Assembly (NCBI RefSeq): GCF_006345805.1
Contig: NC_043001.1
Coordinates: 53,258,001 to 53,322,000 of the forward strand
From: Octopus sinensis
Taxonomy: Eukaryota
Length of the DNA: 64,000 nt
Direction of reading: 5' to 3'
Shown here: positions 50,206 to 62,283 of the stretch, piece by piece
Layout: the number at the start of each line of letters is the position of its first letter
Numbering within the stretch: position 1 is the first letter of the stretch
The notes under the pieces: model-generated
The model's input: only the letters and a program-made list of their open reading frames with translations
What the model was told of the DNA's origin: nothing
The model's database searches: none
Translations under genes and position numbers: made by a program

Positions 50206-51183
50206 TTTGAAATTGTTATTATTTTTAAGAATTGGGCTGCCATGAAGCTGTCAATGAAAGATCGAGTAGAGGTGATGAATTCATACATCGCGTTCAACAG
50301 CAACAGTAAGCTGGTCGCCGTTTGTCAAACCGGCCTTTTATCCAGCTCGTCACCTTGACTGAGCGGCAGCCCGGGATAAAGATGAGACCGAGTCAGGGTG
50401 ACTAGCTTCTGTAATGTTGCCAAGCACTCACTTCCTTCTACCAGTCGGGTAATGCGATCAGTGGAACATCCACTCTCGAGTTCAATAGAGGGTTAGTGGT
50501 GAGAAAGAGCAATGATGCACGCAGAGAGGTGCTAGGCGTCGCCAAAGTCGAATTAACTAGTCTGATCAGGAGGACATTCGAGACGGGGATGATGGATAAC
50601 TTCCAGAAATCCCTAGCTTGGTGGTGCTACCGAAGGGAACTGCCAGTTAGCGAGAAATTCTACAGGCACGAAACTACTGTCAAAGCAACCTGCCTGAGAT
50701 TTGTGCAGTGCGACAAAACCTTTCTGCACGAATTTGTCCAAAGTCCATGCATTACTGACTTGAACAGCTGTTATCATGTGTAGTACGTTTGCGGCTATCG
50801 GCCGAGTTCATAGGGATTATCGATCCGCCGCATTCCATTGGTCCTGAAGGACTGGTAATTTTCCTTTGTTTGACAGCAGAAGCTAAAGAGCTTGTATGTT
50901 GGACCGGGTTGAAACGGTTGAAGACAGACACTTTTCTCTTCAGCCAATCTCTCACCGACTTTTTCAAATTTCATTTGGAAAGGAAGATGCGAGTGCAGAG
51001 AGAAGTGCTTCTCCCCAGTACATTTGCTAAAGGGCGGGTGAACGCAGAGAAAATGGTCAGCGTGAATGGACCTACTCTAATAATGCGCCTGTGGGCAAGG
51101 AATTTGAGAGGGAGAAGGTTATTCTTCACAGAGAGTATTTTGTGATGAGAGAAAGTGGGGATCATATGATGATAGCGGTTCAC

Positions 51184-51244
51184 CTTTTGACATTGCAACG
51201 TTGGCAACCAGCCAGAGTGACATGATCAACAACAGCAACACCAT
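51184..51244 (-). CDS. Candidate signal-peptide first coding exon (MVLLLLIMSLWLVANVAMSK + G)
   Basis: Good Kozak context GACGGTATGG, hydrophobic 20 aa, phase-1 donor AG|GTGAAC; upstream sequence is UTR-like and CpG-rich. Unconfirmed. Confidence 0.3.
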
Positions 51245-51722
51245 ACCGTCGGCACTGCCACCACCACTTCGAGCAGCAACAGCACAACAACAACAGCGTT
51301 AGCGAGAAAAATGACAATTTTATTCAAGAGAAACGGGAGAAAGTTTTCGAGAAAGAAAACAAAACTACGTCCTCTTCTACCAGCAACAACAATAACAGCA
51401 ACAGCAGCAGCAGCAGAGCCAGCAAGAAGACCAGCCCTTCTTTTGCCAACATTACTGAACAGAGATGGGTAGAACACTCGGTCAAAATATCCGGAATTGT
51501 CTGGTAAAACCCAATCTTCTCGTACACCCACCAGTTAAAGAAGATAATGTGACAAAATAACGTGCTTAAATAGGAAGTCCAGGCGAATCGAAAATCCGAC
51601 TCCTGCGCAGTTAGAAAAATGTCTTAAAGTGGTTTAGGGGTCGATTTGATGACTAAGAAGGTTGAAAAAACATGTACAGTCATGACTGGCGATAATTATC
51701 ATTAATATTATTGTTGTTGTTG

Positions 51723-51775
<53 letters not shown>

Positions 51776-52431
51776 GCCTTTCCACAGCTTCTAATCCCGG
51801 AGATGTACTACAATGTGAGCTGTTCACTACCAGTGAACTAAGGTAACACCTCTTATTCTTCGATCACCTTCCGCAGGATTCGAGCGGTTCCAAGCAGTGC
51901 TGGCTTCTGCAAGTGCTCCACTCTTATTGCAGACCCTATTTGTTCCACGCACTTCTCGAGATTTTGCTCACTCTTCCCAGGGCTCCGACAATTATTGGTA
52001 CTACTGTCACCTTTTTCATCGACCACAGCTGCTTAACCTGTTGCAACTCTCGCATACCTTGTTCTCAACTGGGCATACTATATCTATGATCCAGCATAGT
52101 TTGCTTTCTTTCTCAATTAAAACTATGTCCGGCTTCCTATTGTCTATCTTATGGTCGCACTGAATCTTAAAATCCTACAGGATCATTGCATTTGTATTTT
52201 CGACGATGCCTTCATGTATTTGGTCGTACCAAAGTTTTTTCTTTGTCAAGTCCATACTATCTTCAAAGTGTCTGGCTAAATTGTCGTGGTACCTCTTATA
52301 TTCCTTCTGGGCTAGTGGCATACATTAGCTGGTAATATGCCATACGGTTTCACCGATTTGTCCACAGATTCTACACTTATCGCTTTCTGCTGTGTTGTGT
52401 ATCCTGTATCTTATCATTATTATTATTATTA

Positions 52432-52468
<37 letters not shown>

Positions 52469-53121
52469 TTATTATTATTATTATTGCCTTTCCACAGCTT
52501 CTAATCCCGGAGATGTACTACAATGTGAGCTGTTCACTACCAGTGAACTAAGGTAACACCTCTTATTCTTCGATCACCTTCCGCAGGATTCGAGCGGTTC
52601 CAAGCAGTGCTGGCTTCTGCAAGTGCTCCACTCTTATTGCAGACCCTATTTGTTCCACGCACTTCTCGAGATTTTGCTCACTCTTCCAGGGCTCCGACAA
52701 TTATGGTACTACTGTCACCTTTTTCATCGACCACAGCTGCTTAACCTGTTGCAACTCTCGCATACCTTGTTCTCAACTGGGCATACTATATCTATGATCC
52801 AGCATAGTTTGCTTTCTTTCTCAATTAAAACTATGTCCGGCTTCCTATTGTCTATCTTATGGTCGCACTGAATCTTAAAATCCTACAGGATCATTGCATT
52901 TGTATTTTCGACGATGCCTTCATGTATTTGGTCGTACCAAAGTTTTTTCTTTGTCAAGTCCATACTATCTTCAAAGTGTCTGGCTAAATTGTCGTGGTAC
53001 CTCTTATATTCCTTCTGGGCTAGTGGCATACATTAGCTGGTAATATGCCATACGGTTTCACCGATTTGTCCACAGATTCTACACTTATCGCTTTCTGCTG
53101 TGTTGTGTATCCTGTATCTTA

Positions 53122-53123
<2 letters not shown>
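51776..53123 (-). mobile_element. Two near-identical tandem 3' fragments of an R4/Dong-type (RLE) LINE within (TTA)n tracts
   Basis: Units 51776-52415 and 52486-53123: DKCRICGQIGETVWHITS*C (CCHC), RKPDIVLIEK..IIDIVCP (RLE), LQKPALLGTARILRKVIEE*; (TAA)n tail. Confidence 0.92.
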
Positions 53124-53198
<75 letters not shown>

Positions 53199-53940
53199 AC
53201 ACAGACATGTATATATGTATGTATATATATATATATACATACATAAATACATACATACATACATACACAAACATAAAAGACGCACACGACGTCTGCTTTA
53301 TGCCTAATATAAATGTGGACATATATATACGCATATCTTGGATATAAGCAAATATATTAATAGACAAGTGTGTGGTGTATGTATATTGTTATATATAAAT
53401 ATGTATATGTGTAAATCTGTGTATGTATATATATTATACATTTGTATGAATGTGCATATATATGTATGTACGTTTGTAAAATGGATGTGCTAAATTATTT
53501 GTTTTCATGAAATGTAAAATTCAATATATTTGTCTGATTGTTTATTTTTGTTTCATTCTGATCGCATGTATATTTATGTTTTTTTATTTAACGGGTCTTA
53601 TTATCGATGTATTACATTTTATTTGCTTAATTTATTTTAATTTTGATTCCTTCTATTTTTATCTTTCTATAGTTCATTTTATTGCTTAGATGAGAAGAAT
53701 TCTTTCATTATATCGCAGTCCCTCATGGAAAGGGAGACTATGCTGCACAGTCTATATGTACTGATGTACGTGTATGTGAGGAAAAAGGTACTTTTTGAAA
53801 AGTCCCCAGAAGAGACGCATGTGTATTTACAATACATGGGAATTGATTGTACAACATCTTACCTGTAAGGTACTGGTGCATGATAGGTCGAAACGATCGT
53901 AATCGTTCTGAGTAAAAATCTCAGAATTCCCTTATTTCCC

Positions 53941-53987
<47 letters not shown>

Positions 53988-54455
53988 TTCTCTTTCACTA
54001 TCTATCTATCTATCTATCTTATATATGTATATATTGTTGTTTGATTTTAGCAGAACAGTTAAAAAGTTTGCTTGGGAAACTCACGGTTTCTGGTTCATTC
54101 GCCCAGCCCGAATTTTTTAATTTAATGTTCTCTTTAGCCTCCAATTTACCACAAATTCGGATAGCGAGTTAACTGCGTAGAATCTAGCCGACCGGCTACC
54201 AACGAGATTTTGTTCATTGTTAGATTACAACTTGAAACGCATATATTTCATGTGCTCTGAATTCAGCCAACACATGGAAGAATAGGCTATAGTGCTGAAA
54301 CCGAAACAAATTACGTGAGAAGCATTGAACACACTATTGATAATCATATACTATAACATACAAACTTTTCTCTCAACTAGTCGAACATCTCGGAATTCGA
54401 TACCTTATTATAAACCGTTTCAAACTTATACACTGTACATATTATTCATGATGTA

Positions 54456-54524
<69 letters not shown>

Positions 54525-55389
54525 CGTGTGCGTGTGTGTGTATGAGTGTGTGTAACCGTGTGTGTGTCCGTGTGTTTGTATGTATACATATATACATATA
54601 AGTATATACATATATAATATGTACATATATGCAGTTTTTTATATGTACGTGTGTATGTGTTCGCGCGCGTGTGTGTTTATTTTCATTCCTAATATTTTCT
54701 ATTTTATTTCATTTGTCTACCGATGCATAAAGGTACAACTCTCTAATTTCAATAATTTTCCAATATAATCTGAAATTTCAGTCTTATTTATAAAACTATA
54801 TATACATAATTTACGTATTGTATCTAAAATATTTCACCATATTGAAATACTGTCCTTATTAATAGATAACATACACATAAATTTAGTATTTATGAATAAA
54901 TCATAGAAGAATAATAAAATGATTATAAAATTAAATATACGTCCTAAATATATTTGAATATGAAACGTTTATATTTGTGTTATTACTTCCTTTCTTGTCG
55001 CTGAAAATTTCACTTAGAAGTGAACTGGGTATCTTGGGAAAGATGTGATTTACATTATGCTTACAGTAGCTCTACATCTGTATAAATTTAATTCTGTTAT
55101 AATTATAACAGATTCTGTTAAAATTGTTTGAAATGAGCCGATAATAATTTCATTGCAACGTATGTAGGGAGATTAGATGTTCATATCGTCGCCTTATCTA
55201 AATAATCACATCGCGAATTCTTTTATTTAATGTAAACTTTTTGCCTAACATGTCAGGAAAAAAATGTGATGCTCATTTGACATCATTACAGCGGAAATGC
55301 AGAGTCAATTAATCACAATGGAAACGCATATTACACTCAGCTATAACTGGAGTAGATCAGACAAAAGATAAAGAATAAAGTTAAATATG

Positions 55390-55760
55390 TACGTATGCAT
55401 TAATGTATATCTGTATGTATGTACCTACGTATGTACGTATGTATGTATGCATGAATGTATGTACGTATATACGTATATATGTATGTACGAAAGTACGTAT
55501 TTATATATCTATGTATCTAGTTAGATATATATGTATATACGTATGTATGTATGAATGTAAGTATAAGTTTGTAAGTATGTACTACGTACCTATGACTGTA
55601 TGTAGGTATTTATGTATATATGTAAGTGTGTATGTATCTATGTCATTCAGTTTATTTCAAGATTTCTTGCCAATAGCGAGAGAACCGATTTCAACATTAA
55701 CAACAGGATATTTTTGTTTGTATGTATATATGTATGTATGTGCAGTTTTGTATGTTTTAT
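55390..55760. repeat. Degenerate (TATG)/(TACG) microsatellite field
   Basis: Directly visible; explains ORF 55403..55861. Confidence 0.85.
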
Positions 55761-55809
55761 GTATGTATTCTCATGCATATAGTTACATATCTAGACATGC
55801 TCATATATA

Positions 55810-57150
55810 TTTCTATGATAAACGTCTGGAAAATTTTAACAAATTTTTACAGTTCCCGTAATGAATTTGAACTGGAGTCTTCGAATTAGTTTTCTCATTT
55901 CTGGTTTCGAGAAGACTAATCTCTCAAGATTGGTATTTAGGTATTATGTTACATATATCAGGACCCCAATAATTACAGGAATGGAACTGAACTTGTAATC
56001 TGGATAGAGCAGCTGCAGATTTCTCAATAGTTCAGCATAGGGGTTCTCTTTTTCACTGATCATCAGCTTTATGTTAACATCCGCTGGGCAGCTAAGTTCC
56101 ACAACTATGTACAGTTTCTCTTCTCAATCTTAAATCATTATAGCAGGTCTGTTGTGCTTACACTTTATTGAGATCTTCTCTGGTACATTCAACCAGTATT
56201 CCTTTTTATTATGAAAGGCTATGGCTTCTAACATATTGTGTTTATTTTTTTATTTCTTTGTCCTCGGGTTTATCCTTCCGACAGATTTCATTATAGAGTG
56301 TCCTAGCTACAACGTTATGTCTCATCGGTAGTTAATACCGTGATGACATTCTCGGACAACTGCTTATGATGTGGGGAATATCTTCAGTGTGAACGCCGCA
56401 AAGTCTGCATCAGTTTTCACATTTCACTACTTTTCCTGCTCTATCCCTTTTGTGCATCAGTTACGTGGGTGAAATTTCCTGTTCACTGGATTGCAAACGC
56501 ATACCCTTCAAAGTGGGAGGTATTAATCCAGCTATTCCTTGATGATAAAGTGTTTTCGTGATCGATGTTACTATCATCACGGAGCTTTCTAAAAACATAG
56601 CCATACATAATCTTCTGCTCATATAGCTCATACTTTCATTTGATATGTTACGATGGAGTCGTGCGACTACTTTGGGCGTGTATTCTAGGTTATCAGAGAA
56701 TGACTGTCGCTCAAGGAGCTGCCTTCAAAGTTTTATGATGTTATCAGTTACATGTATCCAAAGGTGGTCAAGGGTTGCACTGAGACATTTGGTGGTTAGA
56801 ACTTGTTGCCGAAGGGATATGATGCGACATTCAAAGGCATATTGGATCGATGTTAAGCATCTGCCACCTTGTTTTCCTTTTAGATAGAGGCGCTCTACGT
56901 CACTGTTTGTGTGGAAATTATGTGTGCTTGTCAGTATTTTTTCTGGTTTTCACATCAATGGTTCGGATCTCATCAAGCGTCCAATCAATGAGCCCAAATA
57001 ATGGAATGAGTACTGGCACTGCAAACACATTGTGGGCCACTGGTTTATTGAATGCAGAGAGTTTTGAGGTCCAAATTTTCTTTATTCGCCTGTAATATCC
57101 CTTAGTGACACAGTAGAGAATATATAAATTACATTTATAGATCTAATTTA
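55810..57150 (-). mobile_element. Second R4/Dong-type LINE family, 3' part, decayed
   Basis: NVFAVPVL..LYLKGKQGGRCL; GYAFAIQ; CRLCGVHTEDIPHIISSCP..RHNVVAR; KHNRPAI..VVELSCPAD..PVIIG. Confidence 0.88.
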
Positions 57151-57480
57151 AGTGTCTCAGCCAAGTTCATCTCGCCACGTGTGTATAATAGAAATAACAC
57201 AGCACTGAATATGTTTCGGTACAATATTTGTAAATAAAATATATGGGTAAAATCTATATAAATGTCATCCTCGATAAACTCTTATGCAGACTTTATCCTT
57301 ATATTTGATTTACAAATATATTCAATGCTAAATCATTTCTATTATACACACGTAGTGAGATGAACTAAACAGAGAACACTTTAAATTGGATTTATAAGTG
57401 TAAACATTTGTATACACTCTACTAGATGTGTTGTGTTAGTTTGGTATGTACAGATGTTTATATGTTTATTTCTCCTGGTT

Positions 57481-57554
57481 ATTTTCGTACTGATGAGTGG
57501 GGAACATGGTACTACATGGTGACCAGGAAATCATTTATGGTATACGACAAAACC
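57481..57554 (+). ncRNA. Near-intact type I hammerhead ribozyme
   Basis: TCGTA-CTGATGA-G-TGG[GGAA-CATG-GTACTA-CATG-GTGA]CCA-G-GAAA-TCAT-TT-ATGG-TA-TACGA; stem I extends to GGTT/AACC. Confidence 0.75.
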
Positions 57555-57797
57555 TTTTTTTATTTAAGATATATCTCCTAGTTTTCATTCCGTCGATGTC
57601 GGCGCATGTGTATTGTTATTGAAGTAGTTTGATTTTAGAGTTCCATCAATGCCTGTGATAGTCCTTGATAATATGATGTATTTTATATATAAAAGTAAAC
57701 ATTAGATACCTTGTATTAACTCCTTTCCTCAATTGGTTTACACGCGGACTACTTGATAAAATATCATGTAAATTTTATCCTTAATTGTATATATATA

Positions 57798-57850
<53 letters not shown>

Positions 57851-58317
57851 CATACATATGTGTGGGTGCGGGTGTGTATGTATGCATGTACGCATGTTTA
57901 TATATATGTATATATATGTTTATACACACGCACACACATACATGCACACACACATATATAATCGAAATAGATATTAAGGAAAAATGACCACACGTGGTGT
58001 AATTCAGCGGAAAGTAAAGATAAACAAAGGAAATGCACACTAGGTATGAATGTAATTACTTTTTTAAAAACAAATATATACACAAGCAAATGAGTTGAAA
58101 TTATATTAAGATGTATAAAAGTTATTATAAAAGTCATACTGGTTTCGCTATGGTCAGTATGATTTCTTAATATTTGTATGTAATCGTATTTTGCGTCTCT
58201 TTCTAGCATATAAATTCATTTTATATGTTGGCCACTGACAAAATTTATTAATTTTCATTATTTTATCCTTTAATTATGTTTATATATATATATATAATAT
58301 ATATATATATAGAGAGA

Positions 58318-58337
58318 GAGAGGAGAGAGAGAGAGAG

Positions 58338-58420
<83 letters not shown>

Positions 58421-58421
58421 C

Positions 58422-58465
<44 letters not shown>
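58318..58465. repeat. (GA)n + (GATA)n microsatellite
   Basis: Directly visible. Confidence 0.95.
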
Positions 58466-58468
<3 letters not shown>

Positions 58469-58899
58469 TTATTTCGGATTTGTGTGAATGTGTATAGAAT
58501 AATGTGTCAGTTGAATAAAGTTAAAACATGTCTGGTTTTCGCGTTTTTTATTATGGTTTTTAAAAAATATTTTTTAATGCTCATAAAATCAAATTAGCGC
58601 TTTCATGCATAGTGTAAACATCAACTTTCAAATGTTCTTAACTGACAGTTGAGTTCTTGACAAATTTAGTACCTCTTAAATCGTTCAAACAAGCTGAATG
58701 TTTAGAATAACTTTTTGATCAATCTGCATGCATCTTAAGAATCACAGTTTGTCAGGCTCACCGATGTTCTGTAAAATGTTTATATTTATATGAAAGAGAT
58801 ATTTTTTAATCCACATCATTAACTGGTTTCCGCTCAGAACAGGTTTGAACATTTTATTAAAATGTTTTTCTTTTATATTTCTTTAAACCTCACTTGTGT

Positions 58900-59760
58900 T
58901 ATGTAGTTTCTAGAAAGGAAAAATCAGAAACATTTTCTGACCACATACCTCTATATATTTGCTCAATGGAATTTAGTGAACATTGGTATTCCGGATTTGT
59001 TGTCTGTGGACGCGTGAACTTTCTGATAATACAATCCCGGTCTCGCCTATATATAATTCCTCGCAATTTGGGCATTTAATACAGTAGATCAAATTACTGC
59101 TTTTGCAGTTCATATTTAGTTTTGTAATTAATATCTGCATTTGCGAAAATACGTCCATTTTTTTTGTTCTAATTGATCTACCCGTATGTATGTATTGGCA
59201 CGTTCCACATCTGTTATCATTATACCTGGATACTTTGAATGTTTTATCCTGTTTTTTCATGTTCAATTTTGCCATTCTTAATAGTTTCTTTTGGTTATGT
59301 GATTTCCTTTTCCCTAAGATAAGTGTTTGATTAGTTATTATGCTTTTTTTACTATAAGCAGGAGAGGGTAATTTTGCTTGAGCAGAAATTCTTTAAGTTC
59401 TGTAAGTCGTGTGTTTGTGGTATTTCAATCATCGACTAGAATACAAATTTTCCTGGCTAGACAGTACGGTATGTTGCATTTTTGTGTGTTGGGTGGTATT
59501 ATTTGAAATTTAGGTACTGGTATGTGTCAGGGCTTTTGTAATAAATATCAGTTGTGACTGTGGTGTTTTTTTAATTGGCATTATGTCAAGAACTAGACAT
59601 TGTGTATTGCTAATTTCTCTTGTGAATTTGAATTTGAGACTAGGATGTAGATTGATCAAAGAGGTATTCTAAAAATACATCTTATCGAGCGTTCTAAGAA
59701 GTACTAGATTTGTTAAGAACTCTGTTGTCAGTTAAACACATTTGATATTTGATGATTACA
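58900..59760 (-). mobile_element. Penelope-like element, RT C-terminal region plus GIY-YIG endonuclease
   Basis: MNCKSSNLIYCIKCPNCEELYIGETG...RVHRQQIR; upstream CxxCxxC (RCGTCQY) motif. Confidence 0.88.
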
Positions 59761-59881
59761 CTATGTATGAAAGCGCTAATTTAACTTTACGAGCACTACA
59801 AAATATTTTTTAATGTTATAAATATATCATAATGAAAAATGTGCAAACCAGACCATGTTTTAACTTTATTCAACTGATACA

Positions 59882-59961
<80 letters not shown>

Positions 59962-59974
59962 AACAATGTGTGCA

Positions 59975-61140
59975 CATATGTTTCTGTAATTTAATAAAAG
60001 ACAAGCCTGGATTGTACAATGCCATGGTTTTGCAACATAGACTCTTTATTTTGGGATTCACTACTTCTAGCAATCCAGAAGCTTGCCTATTCCATAAATA
60101 AAAAAAAATTTTTCGGCTGATTGCACAGCTATTTATACATCGATTCCTGCGCTTCAACGTCCGTAACTAACTGACGAACACGTATCGGATGTTTGTGCAG
60201 TTGAAAGATGTGACAGTTGGATGAGACGAGATCTTGATTTTACGGGGAGTGTTCCAACTGCATGAAACCCTATTTTGCAAGGGATGTGTGTGGCCGTGCG
60301 TGGACGTGCATTGTCGCGCGACAATAACACATGCTTTGATAGAAAACTCCAGTTATTGGTGCTAATTGATGGTTTCAGTTTGTTTGTCATCATTTTCTGT
60401 AGCCTTTACGGATGACTGCAAGCCTCTCTTCTAAGTAACGTTTTATTATAGACGCTTTTCACTCACAATAGCCATAAGGGGATCTTTTCCTGCGTAATTT
60501 TAAGTCTTGAATTTATTTTTCACTTACAAATCCAGGCGTTTCCATACCATTCTTAGCCTCTTAGATTCTGGCTGAAAGTGGCGGGCACTGCTTCCATCTC
60601 CTGTGGCTGTTATCTTCACAAAAGCCTCATCTTCATCCTTGTACCGGTCGAGTAAACCATGTCAAATCAATCCACAACTGTGCCTTTGAGCGTCATTCAG
60701 TACTCTTGGCACCCACCTCGCACAGACTTCATAGAAGTGAAGTTGATTGTGGATGATTTCGTATGCATAATTATGACTAACTTGTAGAGAACAGGCCACC
60801 TCGTCGATAGTCAGGTGTCGTCAGTCTACCATTACTTGAGGTTGTATAATCTTCACGCCAATTTTGGGAGCTGATGGGCATCCTATTCCCTATTTAGGCT
60901 TCACGTGTATCCGTCCGTTTTTAAACTTCGTAATCTACTCACACTTATTTCTTCGCGCTACAGTACTGTCCCTGTGTTGTACTAAACGCGTGTGATTAAT
61001 TTCAGCCTCCTCATACGCCTTCAGAATAAAGGAATCGGATAGCCGATCTAATCTCTGTTCTTGCTCCGACACACTGTCAGCCTAGCGGCTATGTCTATTC
61101 TGTACCTTAAAAAATAGCGATCAAGGTCAACGCTCGGTTA
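59975..61140 (-). mobile_element. Decayed mariner transposon
   Basis: VCARWVPRVL, VLLSRDNARPRTA, PYSPDL-like region and GIGKLLDC in broken frames. Confidence 0.85.
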
Positions 61141-62060
61141 CGTAACCACAAAATTAGCGTTTTTGATATTGCAACCATTGAAAGCGGTGCCACCAACGTT
61201 AAGAAAGTTTTGGCGGAAGAACGGATAATTTGACTTCCCCACGTAGTTGTATTTTGTATAAAAGGTGAAGAGAAATCCGTTTTCCGAATGAGGAAATTAT
61301 ATTTTAAGCCAAATGTGAATTTTAGAAGCCATCATTGCTTTTTTTCTTTTGTATTTTCCCATAGAAACTGTTTTACTGTATTCCAGCAGCGTTGTTGATT
61401 TATCGTAATGTACATCCATCACAGGCAATAGCGGATATTTTTATACGCCAGCATGAAAGCTACTTTTTAATATTAGATTTTACTTCTAATATTAAAATTG
61501 ATTTTGCGTTATGCACTTCGATAACCCTAACCAGTATTACACAGAGATGAGTAATCTGAATCATCTTTACAACCAATTATCAGTCATTTTCAGACATATC
61601 GAATGCTAAGAACTTTTTTCTCATTCTTTTACCACAGAAGATCGAACGGCTCTCATTTCGTTTGGTCTGTCTTCTCCATCGTTTGCTTATATCTTTAGGA
61701 AAACTAATTCTAGAATATTTCAATCGCGCGGAAGCAACTTTCACCTCAATCTCCAGTTTATGAATTTACTCATTAACTAACTGTGGATGGAGGATCCTGC
61801 AGTTGCTTAGCCACAGGCCATTCCTAATTTAGATATTAAATGATCAATAATAGCCATCCTCCCAAGAAAGGTTTGGAGGTGCAGCGCAACAGTGGACATT
61901 TATTACAAATTTGTCTCACATCATTCGTCGTTTTCGTTCAGAACTCGCCAAATATCTCCAGTTCACCTTCCATATTAATTTAGTAATCTGTTGCTTGTTG
62001 GGACGTTATTCACTATTTCTACATGTTGAATGTTTATGCGTAGGTGTATGCAGGAGGTGA

Positions 62061-62082
62061 TACAAACTATTATTATTATTAT

Positions 62083-62131
<49 letters not shown>

Positions 62132-62204
62132 TGTTGTTGTTGTTGTTGTTGTTGTAGTTGTAGTAGTAGCAGAAGAAGAAGAAGAGGAAGTTGCGGTAGT
62201 GGCG

Positions 62205-62247
<43 letters not shown>

Positions 62248-62283
62248 AAGTAGTGGTGGTGGTGGTAGTAGTAGTAATAGTAG
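62061..62283. repeat. Compound trinucleotide tract (ATT)(AGT)(TGT)(AGA)(GGT)
   Basis: Directly visible; produces the spurious poly-L/Q/S ORFs 61975..62370 and 62030..62401. Confidence 0.95.

Noticed and set aside
50230-50800. L1/Tx1 reverse transcriptase assignment
   Set aside because: The apparent motifs fall on opposite strands and lack the conserved cores; likely pattern-matching noise.
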